From Vicinamibacterales bacterium (lineage in GTDB: Bacteria > Acidobacteriota > Vicinamibacteria > Vicinamibacterales > G965249535), in contig OZ252241.1 in the NCBI GenBank assembly GCA_965249535.1, forward strand, positions 356,673 to 420,672: a stretch of 64,000 bases of DNA, written 5' to 3'. Below, in pieces: positions 40,211 through 47,730 of the stretch. The notes below the pieces were generated by a model. The model did not search any database. It worked only from the letters and a program-made list of their open reading frames with translations, and was not told the DNA's origin. Both the position numbers and the translations under genes were made by a program. The number at the start of each line of letters is the position of its first letter. Position 1 is the first letter of the stretch.

Positions 40211-41053
40211 TTAGGCGGCGACTTCTGATTTGGCGTCGAGCAGGCTCACGATATCGGCAATCTCCCACAGCCGATCCGTGACGCCAGCTGCCTGCGCGGG
40301 CGTCGTGCGGAGTGTCTTATGAATTCGGACGAAGTTGTAAAACATATAATGAAGTGCGACCGCGTGCATGTGATTCTCGATCTTCTTACTGAACCCGTTC
40401 GAGAGGCGCGCGAACCGCTTCATGCTCATCCGCATGGTGAGGTTCTGCCGCTCGACGTAGGACGTGCTCACGTGCTTCGGGTCAGGATGCCCGCTGATGG
40501 TTTTCACGTTGATCCCGAGGCACGGCGCGGGACTGTAGGTGCGCTCGGGATCGCTGGACCCGTAGATCTTGTGCAGCATGGCGTAGTCGATGCCGGTGCA
40601 GAAGGCGCTCTCCACAGCTTCCAGGTAGACGCGATACCCGTCCGTGGTCAACTGGACGCGGGTGGTCAGCCGGTCGGCCAGGTCGTGCATGAACGTGTAG
40701 GCCGAGCCGAGGTCGCGGCCACCGACGAGCCACGACGGGACAAGCTTCGTGTCGGCATCAAGCGCGACCCAGGTCCACACGTCGCCAGCCACGTCGGGGG
40801 CGTTCTTCGCGGTCGGCACGTTCTTCTGCTTGGCATAGCAGAACTGCCAGATCTCGTCGCACTGAATACGGCGGCTCGCCAGGTTCCGCAGCGTGCGGTC
40901 CTGATAGGCCGTACACGCCGTCCCGAGATCGGCCAGGAGCTTGAGGATCGTCGGCTTCGAGACGCCCGTCATGCGGGCTGTGGCGTTGATGCCGTTCCCT
41001 TCGACCAGGGCCGCCACGACGCGCACGCGACGGTCAATTGAGAGCCTGTTCAT
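40211..41053 (-). CDS. IS1-family transposase (HTH + DDE, single ORF)
   Basis: MNRLSIDRRVRVVAALVEGNGINATARMTGVSKPTILKLL..., CDEIWQFCYAKQKN, DVWTWVALDADTKL and YVERQNLTMRMSMKRFARLSNGFSKKIENH are hallmarks of this transposase group. Confidence 0.85.
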   Translation of the reverse strand: MNRLSIDRRVRVVAALVEGNGINATARMTGVSKPTILKLLADLGTACTAYQDRTLRNLASRRIQCDEIWQFCYAKQKNVPTAKNAPDVAGDVWTWVALDADTKLVPSWLVGGRDLGSAYTFMHDLADRLTTRVQLTTDGYRVYLEAVESAFCTGIDYAMLHKIYGSSDPERTYSPAPCLGINVKTISGHPDPKHVSTSYVERQNLTMRMSMKRFARLSNGFSKKIENHMHAVALHYMFYNFVRIHKTLRTTPAQAAGVTDRLWEIADIVSLLDAKSEVAA

Positions 41054-41067
41054 AAGGGTATTGTATC

Positions 41068-41616
41068 TTGAACGCTCAAGCATTACAAGAGCTTTCAGAC
41101 TACGGGCGTGGGAGATGTGCGGCAGCTATTGAGGCTGTAGGCCGTCGTAATAAGCCTATTGCCGAGGTCTGCGAAACCAGCGTTCCGGTGCAAACCATCA
41201 AGAAGATTCTCGGAGAACTACTGAACGAATATCGCCAGGGCAACGTCGATCTTCCCTGCGATGTTCGAGGGTTTATTTTTGAGATGAAGTCCGGTCGTTC
41301 AACATACGGTTTCTTTCGAGAATCGTGGGCCCTGCGAGCCTATAGCGTCGTTCGCGGTGAATGGGCGTTTACTTTGCAGGACAGGGAGTGGATTCAGGGG
41401 CTTCTATTCGGATACACGCCTCACGTTATTCAGCGTTTCGTTGATGCAGCGACCGCCGCAGGACGCTTTACCGAGTCGCCCTTACCAAAGTCCAAGTCAC
41501 AGCGCTTCCATGTCCTGAGCATGGAGGAAAACGCTCGCCTTTGCTCAAGGCGATTTCGTATATGCAACATCCGGTCGTCTCGTATATCCCCGACTGACTG
41601 CTCGTCTGTCCGGTAG
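41068..41616 (+). CDS. hypothetical protein (IS cargo), divergent from the transposase
   Basis: 182-aa ORF with a TTG start. I recognise no family. Coding status is inferred only from length and plausible composition. Confidence 0.35.
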   Translation: MNAQALQELSDYGRGRCAAAIEAVGRRNKPIAEVCETSVPVQTIKKILGELLNEYRQGNVDLPCDVRGFIFEMKSGRSTYGFFRESWALRAYSVVRGEWAFTLQDREWIQGLLFGYTPHVIQRFVDAATAAGRFTESPLPKSKSQRFHVLSMEENARLCSRRFRICNIRSSRISPTDCSSVR

Positions 41617-41804
41617 TAGGCATTTGGCCACCTGTTGAATAATTCAAAGCACTGGATTGTGCTTGACCGCTCTATGCTGCTACAGTTCTCCCCGTCCCGC
41701 AAACCGGCGCGACCCGACATCGGGCCACTCGCCGAATACAACACCCCTCCTAGGGGAATAGGCGGGAACCTGCATCTACGCGTGCGGTTTGTGTGACGAC
41801 TGAC

Positions 41805-41828
41805 CCGGTGACCATTTCCGGTCACCGG
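41805..41828 (+). promoter_or_regulatory. perfect 9-bp inverted repeat CCGGTGACC-atttcc-GGTCACCGG, 15 nt upstream of the next ATG
   Basis: Read directly from the sequence. No U-tract follows it. It could be an operator or an RNA hairpin. Confidence 0.4.
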
Positions 41829-41843
41829 CGAAGGGATATCGCC

Positions 41844-42212
41844 ATGCAGAAAACGCTCGTTATCGTTTTGGCGCTGGTAGCCCTCAGCGTACCGATCGTT
41901 GCGCAAACACTGGAGGAACGGCGAGAGCTATTCAATACATTAATTACGGATGAAGACAGCCTGCGTGAGAATATTCAGGCAAAATGCGAGGATGAATGGC
42001 CCATCGACTTTCGAATGCAGAAGTACTGTCAAGACCAGCAGCTAGAAGGGTATACCAACCTTGCAAAGATTTGGAAAGACGCCGTAACGAACATCAAGGC
42101 GACCGCCGTCCAATGCGTCCTTGACTGGCCAGAAGATTTATTGTTCGATTGGACCATGATTCACTACTGCACGAATGATCAGATCACGGCCTGGAAAGCC
42201 TTGCAACACTGA
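41844..42212 (+). CDS. small secreted four-Cys protein with an internal duplication (IS cargo)
   Basis: Signal peptide MQKTLVIVLALVALSVPIVAQ. The motif is repeated: KCEDEWPIDFRMQKYCQDQQ and QCVLDWPEDLLFDWTMIHYCTNDQ. Confidence 0.55.
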   Translation: MQKTLVIVLALVALSVPIVAQTLEERRELFNTLITDEDSLRENIQAKCEDEWPIDFRMQKYCQDQQLEGYTNLAKIWKDAVTNIKATAVQCVLDWPEDLLFDWTMIHYCTNDQITAWKALQH

Positions 42213-42229
42213 CAGGGTTGCTGAGACGG

Positions 42230-42436
42230 CTAGCCCTTCCTGGCATTCCATCGTGCCCGAGCCCCTTTTTTCGCAATGGCGGATCGCTTCTTTGCAGACA
42301 GCTTCTCCGCACGGGCCTTGCCGCCCTTGAGGCGCCCGAGCGCGACGGCGGCGGGGTTCCTCTTCCCCTCCGACTGCTCGATGAGGGCCTGGACGCCTCT
42401 GAACGCCGCCTCGTTCGGATCGTCGGTGATGCTTGT
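42230..42436 (-). pseudogene. start-less remnant encoding a Lys/Arg-rich tail (...NPAAVALGRLKGGKARAEKLSAKKRSAIAKKGARARWNARKG*)
   Basis: Manual translation. The frame opens after a TGA and contains no ATG, GTG or TTG. The tail resembles the GGKAR...RW C-termini of many small proteobacterial proteins. The track ORF 42138..42506 is in a different frame. Confidence 0.4.
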
Positions 42437-42487
42437 TCAGTGTGGCATGCGCGTAGAGTACCATATCGGCCACGGGTGACAACAATC

Positions 42488-42504
42488 CAAACTTGACCAC
42501 TGCC
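42488..42504. repeat. terminal inverted repeat, distal end (CAAACTTGACCACTGCC)
   Basis: Partner of 40192-40208. Confidence 0.85.
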
Positions 42505-42512
42505 AACTTGTC
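42505..42512. repeat. target-site duplication, right copy (AACTTGTC)
   Basis: Identical to 40184-40191. Confidence 0.8.
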
Positions 42513-42582
42513 GAACTCAAAACTGGCTAACCGTTTTTCGAGTACGATCAGTCTATATAACCATCAATCGTAACTCACTCTG

Positions 42583-43548
42583 ATGATGAAACACCTCACA
42601 GGTCCGCTTGTGATTATCGCTTGGGGGTTAATGATGGAGGCAGGAGCCACTCAACGTTTCGAAGAAGCGCACGGGCTGACAACAGTTCCTGGAATTAAGG
42701 TAGGACACTACACACTAAGCGAACGTTTAACGGGATGTACGGTCGTACTGGCTGAAAACGTGGCTGTGGCTGGTGTCGACGTCCGAGGAGCGGCACCTGG
42801 TACCAGAGAAACAGACCTTCTCGATCCTAAGAATACCGTTCAGAAAGTTCACGCGATCGTCCAATCTGGCGGTAGCGCCTTCGGTCTAAATACGGCGGCT
42901 GGTGTCATGCGTTACCTCGAAGAACGAAATATCGGTTTCGAGACCCGGGTTGCGAGAATACCTATCGTGCCTGCAGCTATCCTTTACGATCTCTCCGTTG
43001 GTGAGAATCCAAGAACCCGCCCAACAGGCGAATGTGGTTATCGAGCCGCGCTGACTGCTAGTACCGGACCTGTTGCCCAGGGTAACGTGGGTGCTGGAGC
43101 TGGAGCAACTATCGGTAAACTTAGAGGCCAAGATCGTGCCATGAAAGCCGGTATCGGAAGTATCTCACTAAGACATTCGAACGGGTTGATTGTGGCAGCA
43201 CTTGTGGCAGTTAATTCGATCGGAGACATCATCGATCCTTCTACCGGTAATGTTGTAGCAGGCGTTCGAACACCAGATGGACGAAAGCTCGCCGACGCCC
43301 GTCTACTTCTACGGTCGGGAACCTCTGGCGAAGCACAACCACTCGAAAACACAACATTAGGAGTTGTAGCGACTAACGCACACCTAACCAAAGTCCAAGT
43401 CAGCCAAATGGCCCATGACGGCTATGCGCGCGCTATCACGCCCGTGCACACCCCACACGATGGTGACACTATCTTCTCACTTGCGACTGGTACTTGGTCA
43501 GGTTCGGTCGACATGCTAACAATCGGGGCACTCGCGGCTGATGCCGTA
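42583..43548 (+). pseudogene. S58/DmpA-type (P1 family) peptidase, 5' 96 % of the gene, interrupted near its 3' end
   Basis: Signal peptide, then GIKVGHYT, GCTVVL, DVRGAAPGTRETDLL, GGSAFGL, NTTLGVVATNA (self-processing Thr region) and HTPHDGDTIFSLATG. After ...IGALAADAV the ORF reads in frame into transposase sequence. Confidence 0.75.
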
Positions 43549-44392
43549 CACGAATCCTGCATCGCGCACCTCGAATCTCTCCGTTGGGGCACGGACCCAG
43601 GCTGCCCGCACTGCGGGTCGATGGGTGTGGCCCGAAAAGCGGACGGGACACGGATCGGCCGCTGGAATTGCCACGATTGTAAATCGAGTTTCAACGTCCT
43701 GCACGGTACGATCTTCCAAAAGACGAAGATCCCGTTGCAGAAGTGGTTTCTAGCCATCGGCATCATCTTCAACGCGAAGAAGGGCGTCTCGAGCTACCAA
43801 CTCGCACGCGACCTCTCCATCAACCAGAAGTCAGCGTGGTATCTCGGGATGCGCATTCGGGTCGCGCTGAAAACAGACACCACGGGGCTATTGAGTGGCA
43901 TCGTCGAAGCCGATGAGTGTTACGTGGGGGGCGAAGCCTAGGTGGAACGCGCACGACCCGTTACAGCGCTCTCCACGCGGTCGAGGCACCAGGAAGCTCC
44001 CGATTGTCGGGGTGGTTGAACGTGGGGGCCGTGTGGTGGCGATACCAGCCGCGAAGCGTGAACTCACCGCCAATGGCTTGAAGCGGTTCATTATGAACCA
44101 CGTGAACCCGACCGGCACGGTGCTCATGACCGACGAGTATCCAGGCTACCGACAGATCGCGACGGTCATGCAGCATGCCGTCATCAAGCACACGCGGCAT
44201 TATGTGGACGGCGACATTCACACCAACACGATTGAGGGGTTCTGGTCGCTGGTGAAACGTGCGTGGTTTGGCTCGCACCACCACTACCGGAGCACCTATG
44301 CCCCGCTCTACATCGCCGAAACATGCGCCAGCTACAACAACCGACACGTGGCGGATCGATTTGAGCCGTTCCTCCGGTCGGTGCTGGCATGA
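43549..44392 (+). pseudogene. IS1595-family (ISXO2-like) transposase, lacking its own start and frameshifted in a G6 run
   Basis: N-terminal Zn-ribbon region: ESCIAHLESLRWGTDPGCPHCGS...RWNCHDCKSSFNVLHGTIFQKTKIPLQKWFLAI...GVSSYQLARDLSINQKSAWYLGMRIR. DECYVG then breaks at GGGGGG (43926-43931). The DDE part continues in ORF 43895..44392: IVGVVERGGRVVA...MTDEYPGY...HTNTIEGFWSLVKR. Confidence 0.75.
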
Positions 44393-46059
44393 ACACGCTC
44401 TCGTACGGCGACTGCCTGACGGTTATTCAGGGCATGAAGGCGCAAAGCGTCGATCTGATTTACCTCGACCCACCGTTTAACTCCAACAAGAACTACCACA
44501 ACATCTACAAAGACGAAACCGGGCGACCACTTCCTGACCAAGTAGAAGCGTTCTGTGACATGTGGACGCTCGACGAGGAACGAGAGCGCGCATTACGTCA
44601 CATGCCTGTGCTGATGCGCAAGCAGGGAATCGATGATGACACGGTAGAATTCTGGCGAATCTGGATGAACGCGCTTCGTAAGACGAACCCGGCCCTGCTC
44701 GCCTACCTCTCGTACATGGTCGAGCGGATCGTGCACCTGCGCGTCCTGTTGCGTTCTACAGGTTCGCTCTACCTACACTGTGACCCGACCGCGAGCCACT
44801 ACATTAAAGTCATGCTGGATGGCGTCTTTGGGCACCAGAATTTCAGAAACGAGATCGTGTGGAAGCGCACATACGCACACGGCGGGGTTGAACGTTGGGG
44901 TAGCGTTCACGACACGCTTTTGATGTACTCAAAGTCAGATGCCTGTCGTTGGACTGGAATGACGCAAGACTATGCCCCTGAATATCTAGACGAACGGTAC
45001 GACAAGCGCGACGATCGCGGCCGTTATCAGGAGATCGTGATGACAGGCCCAGGTGTGTCTGGTGGCGCTTCTGGTCAACCGTGGAAAGGCTATGACCCTA
45101 CAGCGGCCGGAAGGCATTGGGGTGTGCCTCGCGCTGCATTGAAAGCACTTGAGAAAGAAGGCGTAGATATTCCACCAGGGCTACATGATCGCCTTGACCT
45201 ATTACACCACCACGGGTTTGTCTACATTCCAAGAAAACCCGGCGGCGTGCCACGATTTAAGCGCCATATTGATGGTGCTAGCGGTTTACCGGTCCAAGAC
45301 ATAATTTCAGACATTCCTCCGATCAACTCACAGGCAAAAGAGCGCATGGGTTACGCAACTCAGAAGCCACTTGCCTTGCTTGAGCGCATCATTAAGGCCA
45401 GCACAAACAAAGGCGACGTGGTGCTTGATCCATTCTGCGGGTGTGCGACCACACTGGAAGCGGCGAACAGGCTTGATCGTAAGTGGATCGGTATCGACAT
45501 AGCCATTCACGCGATCAAGCGCGTGGCTAGACTCCGACTGACGGATAGATGTGGGCTCGTGGAAGGTACCGACTACGAGATTAAGGGAGTCCCGCGTGAC
45601 ATCGAAGGCGCGAAGGATCTGTGGACCCGCGATAAATATCACTTCCAGAAGTGGGCCGTTGAACAGGTGGAAGGGTTTGTCACAACGAAGAGAACGGCTG
45701 ACGGCGATATCGACGGGCGACTCTACTTCGCGGTGCCAGACATACGCGATCTTCAGAGCATGGTCATTGAGGTCAAGGGCGGTGCGAACGTGTCTATAGC
45801 CGACGTGCGGGCACTCGGGAACGTCCTCGACCGCAACACGGCACTGCTGGCCGGGCTGATTGTCATGGAGGGCCTCGGGCCGGTGAAAACGCGCAACTTC
45901 AAGCGGCTCATGGCGGAAGCGGGACACCTGAAAATCCTAGGCGTTAAGTATCCGCGGATGCAGATGTTGACGGTTGATCAGATCTTCGCCGGGGATCGCT
46001 TTATCACAGCGAGTGTCGCGGCGCGACGGGCGGTAAAGCCGAAACTCCCGCTCGGATAA
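44389..46059 (+). CDS. beta-class (motif IV before motif I) N6-adenine/N4-cytosine DNA methyltransferase fused to a C-terminal Mrr-like PD-(D/E)XK domain
   Basis: SVDLIYLDPPFNS (motif IV) at the N-terminus and VLDPFCGCATTLEAA (motif I, AdoMet binding) at about aa 345. The C-terminus reads YEIKGVPRD...KYHFQKWAVEQV...DGDIDGRLYF...MVIEVKGG...LLAGLIVME, like a restriction-endonuclease (Mrr_cat) core. The ATG overlaps the transposase TGA (ATGA at 44389-44392). Confidence 0.8.
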   Translation: MNTLSYGDCLTVIQGMKAQSVDLIYLDPPFNSNKNYHNIYKDETGRPLPDQVEAFCDMWTLDEERERALRHMPVLMRKQGIDDDTVEFWRIWMNALRKTNPALLAYLSYMVERIVHLRVLLRSTGSLYLHCDPTASHYIKVMLDGVFGHQNFRNEIVWKRTYAHGGVERWGSVHDTLLMYSKSDACRWTGMTQDYAPEYLDERYDKRDDRGRYQEIVMTGPGVSGGASGQPWKGYDPTAAGRHWGVPRAALKALEKEGVDIPPGLHDRLDLLHHHGFVYIPRKPGGVPRFKRHIDGASGLPVQDIISDIPPINSQAKERMGYATQKPLALLERIIKASTNKGDVVLDPFCGCATTLEAANRLDRKWIGIDIAIHAIKRVARLRLTDRCGLVEGTDYEIKGVPRDIEGAKDLWTRDKYHFQKWAVEQVEGFVTTKRTADGDIDGRLYFAVPDIRDLQSMVIEVKGGANVSIADVRALGNVLDRNTALLAGLIVMEGLGPVKTRNFKRLMAEAGHLKILGVKYPRMQMLTVDQIFAGDRFITASVAARRAVKPKLPLG

Positions 46060-46061
46060 AC

Positions 46062-46127
46062 ATTGACAAGCCCATAACTACCGATTGCCTTCAAGATTAT
46101 CCAGCTGCCCGTGATCTCGTCCCCTAA
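46062..46127 (+). pseudogene. 3' remnant of the S58/DmpA-type peptidase gene
   Basis: Manual translation gives IDKPITTDCLQDYPAARDLVP*. As far as I recall, a ...YPAxRDL C-terminus is typical of this family. Confidence 0.45.
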
Positions 46128-46177
46128 ACGTTACCAAAGAACTTAGTCTTTAACTGCGGTTCTGGAGCCTCCGACTA

Positions 46178-47693
46178 GTGAACTTGCATCTCACAATACT
46201 TTTAACGTACTCGACCCTATTAGTTGTTGTGGGTCTCTACGCCGGTCGACGTGTACAAAACGCAAGGGATTTCTTCGTTGCTGGTCGTAATCTCGGACCG
46301 GTGTTGCTGTTTTCGACACTTCTGGCAGCAAATCTTGGAGCTGGTTCGACTGTCGGCATAGCCGGTCTTTGGCACAACGACGGAATGAGAGCGTGGTAGT
46401 GGATAGGTTCAGCTGGAATCGGTTCACTATTTCTGGCCTTTTGCGTCGGTCAGAAGATTTGGCAGTATGCTGCCCATTACGATTTACGAACAATAGAAGA
46501 CTTCCTAGAACATCGTTATTGCCATCAGGTTAAAATATTAGTCGCAGTACTCTTATGGTTCGGGACCCTTGCGATTTTGGCCGCACAACTCATAGCCATC
46601 GGCTTTGTCTTGAACGTCGTAGCTGACATTCCACAACCTTACGGATGCCTCATTGGTGGCTTGGTGATAATCATCTACTTCACAGCAGGGGGATTAGTGT
46701 CAACTGCCTGGGTAAATCTCGTCCAACTCATCGTCTTACTGGTCGGTATCCTCGTGGCACTCCCTCTGACCCTCAACATGGCAGGAGGTTGGTCAAATGT
46801 CGTTACAACATTGCAGGTAAGCAACAAGTTCTGGAGTTTTTTGGGATCAGCTGACTCAGGCTGGCCATACCTTATAATGCTCGGCCCAGCATTCATTGTC
46901 TCTCCAGGTCTGTTACAGAAAATATATGGCGCACGTGAGACGCATACAGATACGACTCGGTGTCGGTGCCAACGCCTTCGCCTTGCTACTATTTGCTGCG
47001 GTGCCAGTCTTACTCGGCATTATTGCGAGGGCCCAGTTTCCTGACCTAGAAAATCAACAACTCGCTTTACCAACATTGCTCCGATATGGAATGCCGCCTT
47101 TAATCGGTGGCCTTGGTTTAGCAGCACTGTTTTCGGCTGAACTTAGCTCAGCCGACGCTATTCTATTCATGCTTGCAACATCGCTTTCACAGGATCTTTA
47201 CAGACGTTTCGTCCATCCAAAAGCCAGCGACCAACATGTGCTGTGGTTCGCACGTGGAACCGCCGTTGTAGCCAGAATACTGGGAATCCTGCTTGCTATC
47301 GCTGCTAAATCTATCATTGCAGTAATAACTGTTTTCTATACCCTCCTAACCGTTAGCCTCTTTGTTCCCGTTATTGGGGGATTATACATTCGACGATTGG
47401 GAACACCTGAAGCGTTGGCATCCATCGCGGCAGGGGTTGGACTCATGATTGTTCTAGAGCTCTCGGAGGGAAAGGTACATCTGACTGGTTCAAAGCTAAC
47501 ATCGATCGGCTTAGGCGCAGCAATACTTACATCCATTATTGCTATGGTTCTACGAAACACGTCAGCGTGGCTAAGGCGATCACGTGGTGAAATGTCTCAA
47601 CTCCACGATTTGCCTTCCGAAACCTTTATTGTGAACTTAGAACTCCCGTTTGTACGTCGAGACTATGCTAAGCTGTCTGGAGAATTGAGGTAG
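46178..47693 (+). pseudogene. sodium:solute symporter (SSS family), disrupted by an in-frame TAG and a frameshift
   Basis: N-terminus ...DFFVAGRNLGPVLLFSTLLAANLGAGSTVG is the SSS signature. TGG-TAG-TGG lies at 46394-46402, and ORFs 46178 and 46577 are in the same frame. The frame changes between about 46934 and 46955, from ...LLQKIYGAR to RRIQIRLGVGANAFALLLFA.... Confidence 0.75.
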
Positions 47694-47730
47694 TGGAATT
47701 CGGCAATTGGTCGGGAAACGGTAACGTTCC

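Larger units (their letters stand above)
40192..42504. mobile_element. IS1-family (single-ORF, ISMhu11-like) element carrying about 1.4 kb of passenger DNA; 2,313 bp
   Basis: Bounded by a 17-bp terminal IR and flanked by an 8-bp direct repeat AACTTGTC. The interior is visibly GC-richer than the flanks and encodes an IS1-type DDE transposase. Confidence 0.85.
43549..46061 (+). mobile_element. IS1595-family-derived insertion (truncated/frameshifted transposase plus methyltransferase cargo)
   Basis: There is a switch in homology and third-position GC at about 43549. Host peptidase coding resumes at about 46062. I found no IRs or TSD by eye, so the ends are approximate. Confidence 0.6.

Noticed and set aside
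40319-41041. 240-aa ORF (+) inside the IS1-type transposase gene; likewise 45328..45927 (-) inside the methyltransferase gene, plus several 60-130-aa ORFs in 43400-44550
   Set aside because: High-GC DNA produces long stop-free antisense frames. Their translations are Arg/Gly/Pro/His-rich and overlap genes with clear family motifs.
41612-41650. GGTAGTAGG... motif resembling the IS1-type IR start, considered as an internal IS end
   Set aside because: It has the same orientation as the 40192 IR, so it is not inverted relative to it. It also matches only the first 6-7 nt. The 42488-42504 repeat with the flanking TSD explains the element far better.
42138-42506. 122-aa ORF (-) at the right end of the IS
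   Set aside because: It starts outside the element, crosses the terminal IR and overlaps the 3' end of the secreted-protein gene. A different frame in the same region gives the much more protein-like ...GRLKGGKARAEKLSAKKRSAIAKK... remnant.
46397-46399. In-frame TAG in the symporter as programmed recoding (pyrrolysine or readthrough)
   Set aside because: There is no pyl gene context. The codon sits where a TGG (Trp) is expected, one transition away, and the same gene also carries a frameshift. Pseudogenisation is the simpler explanation.
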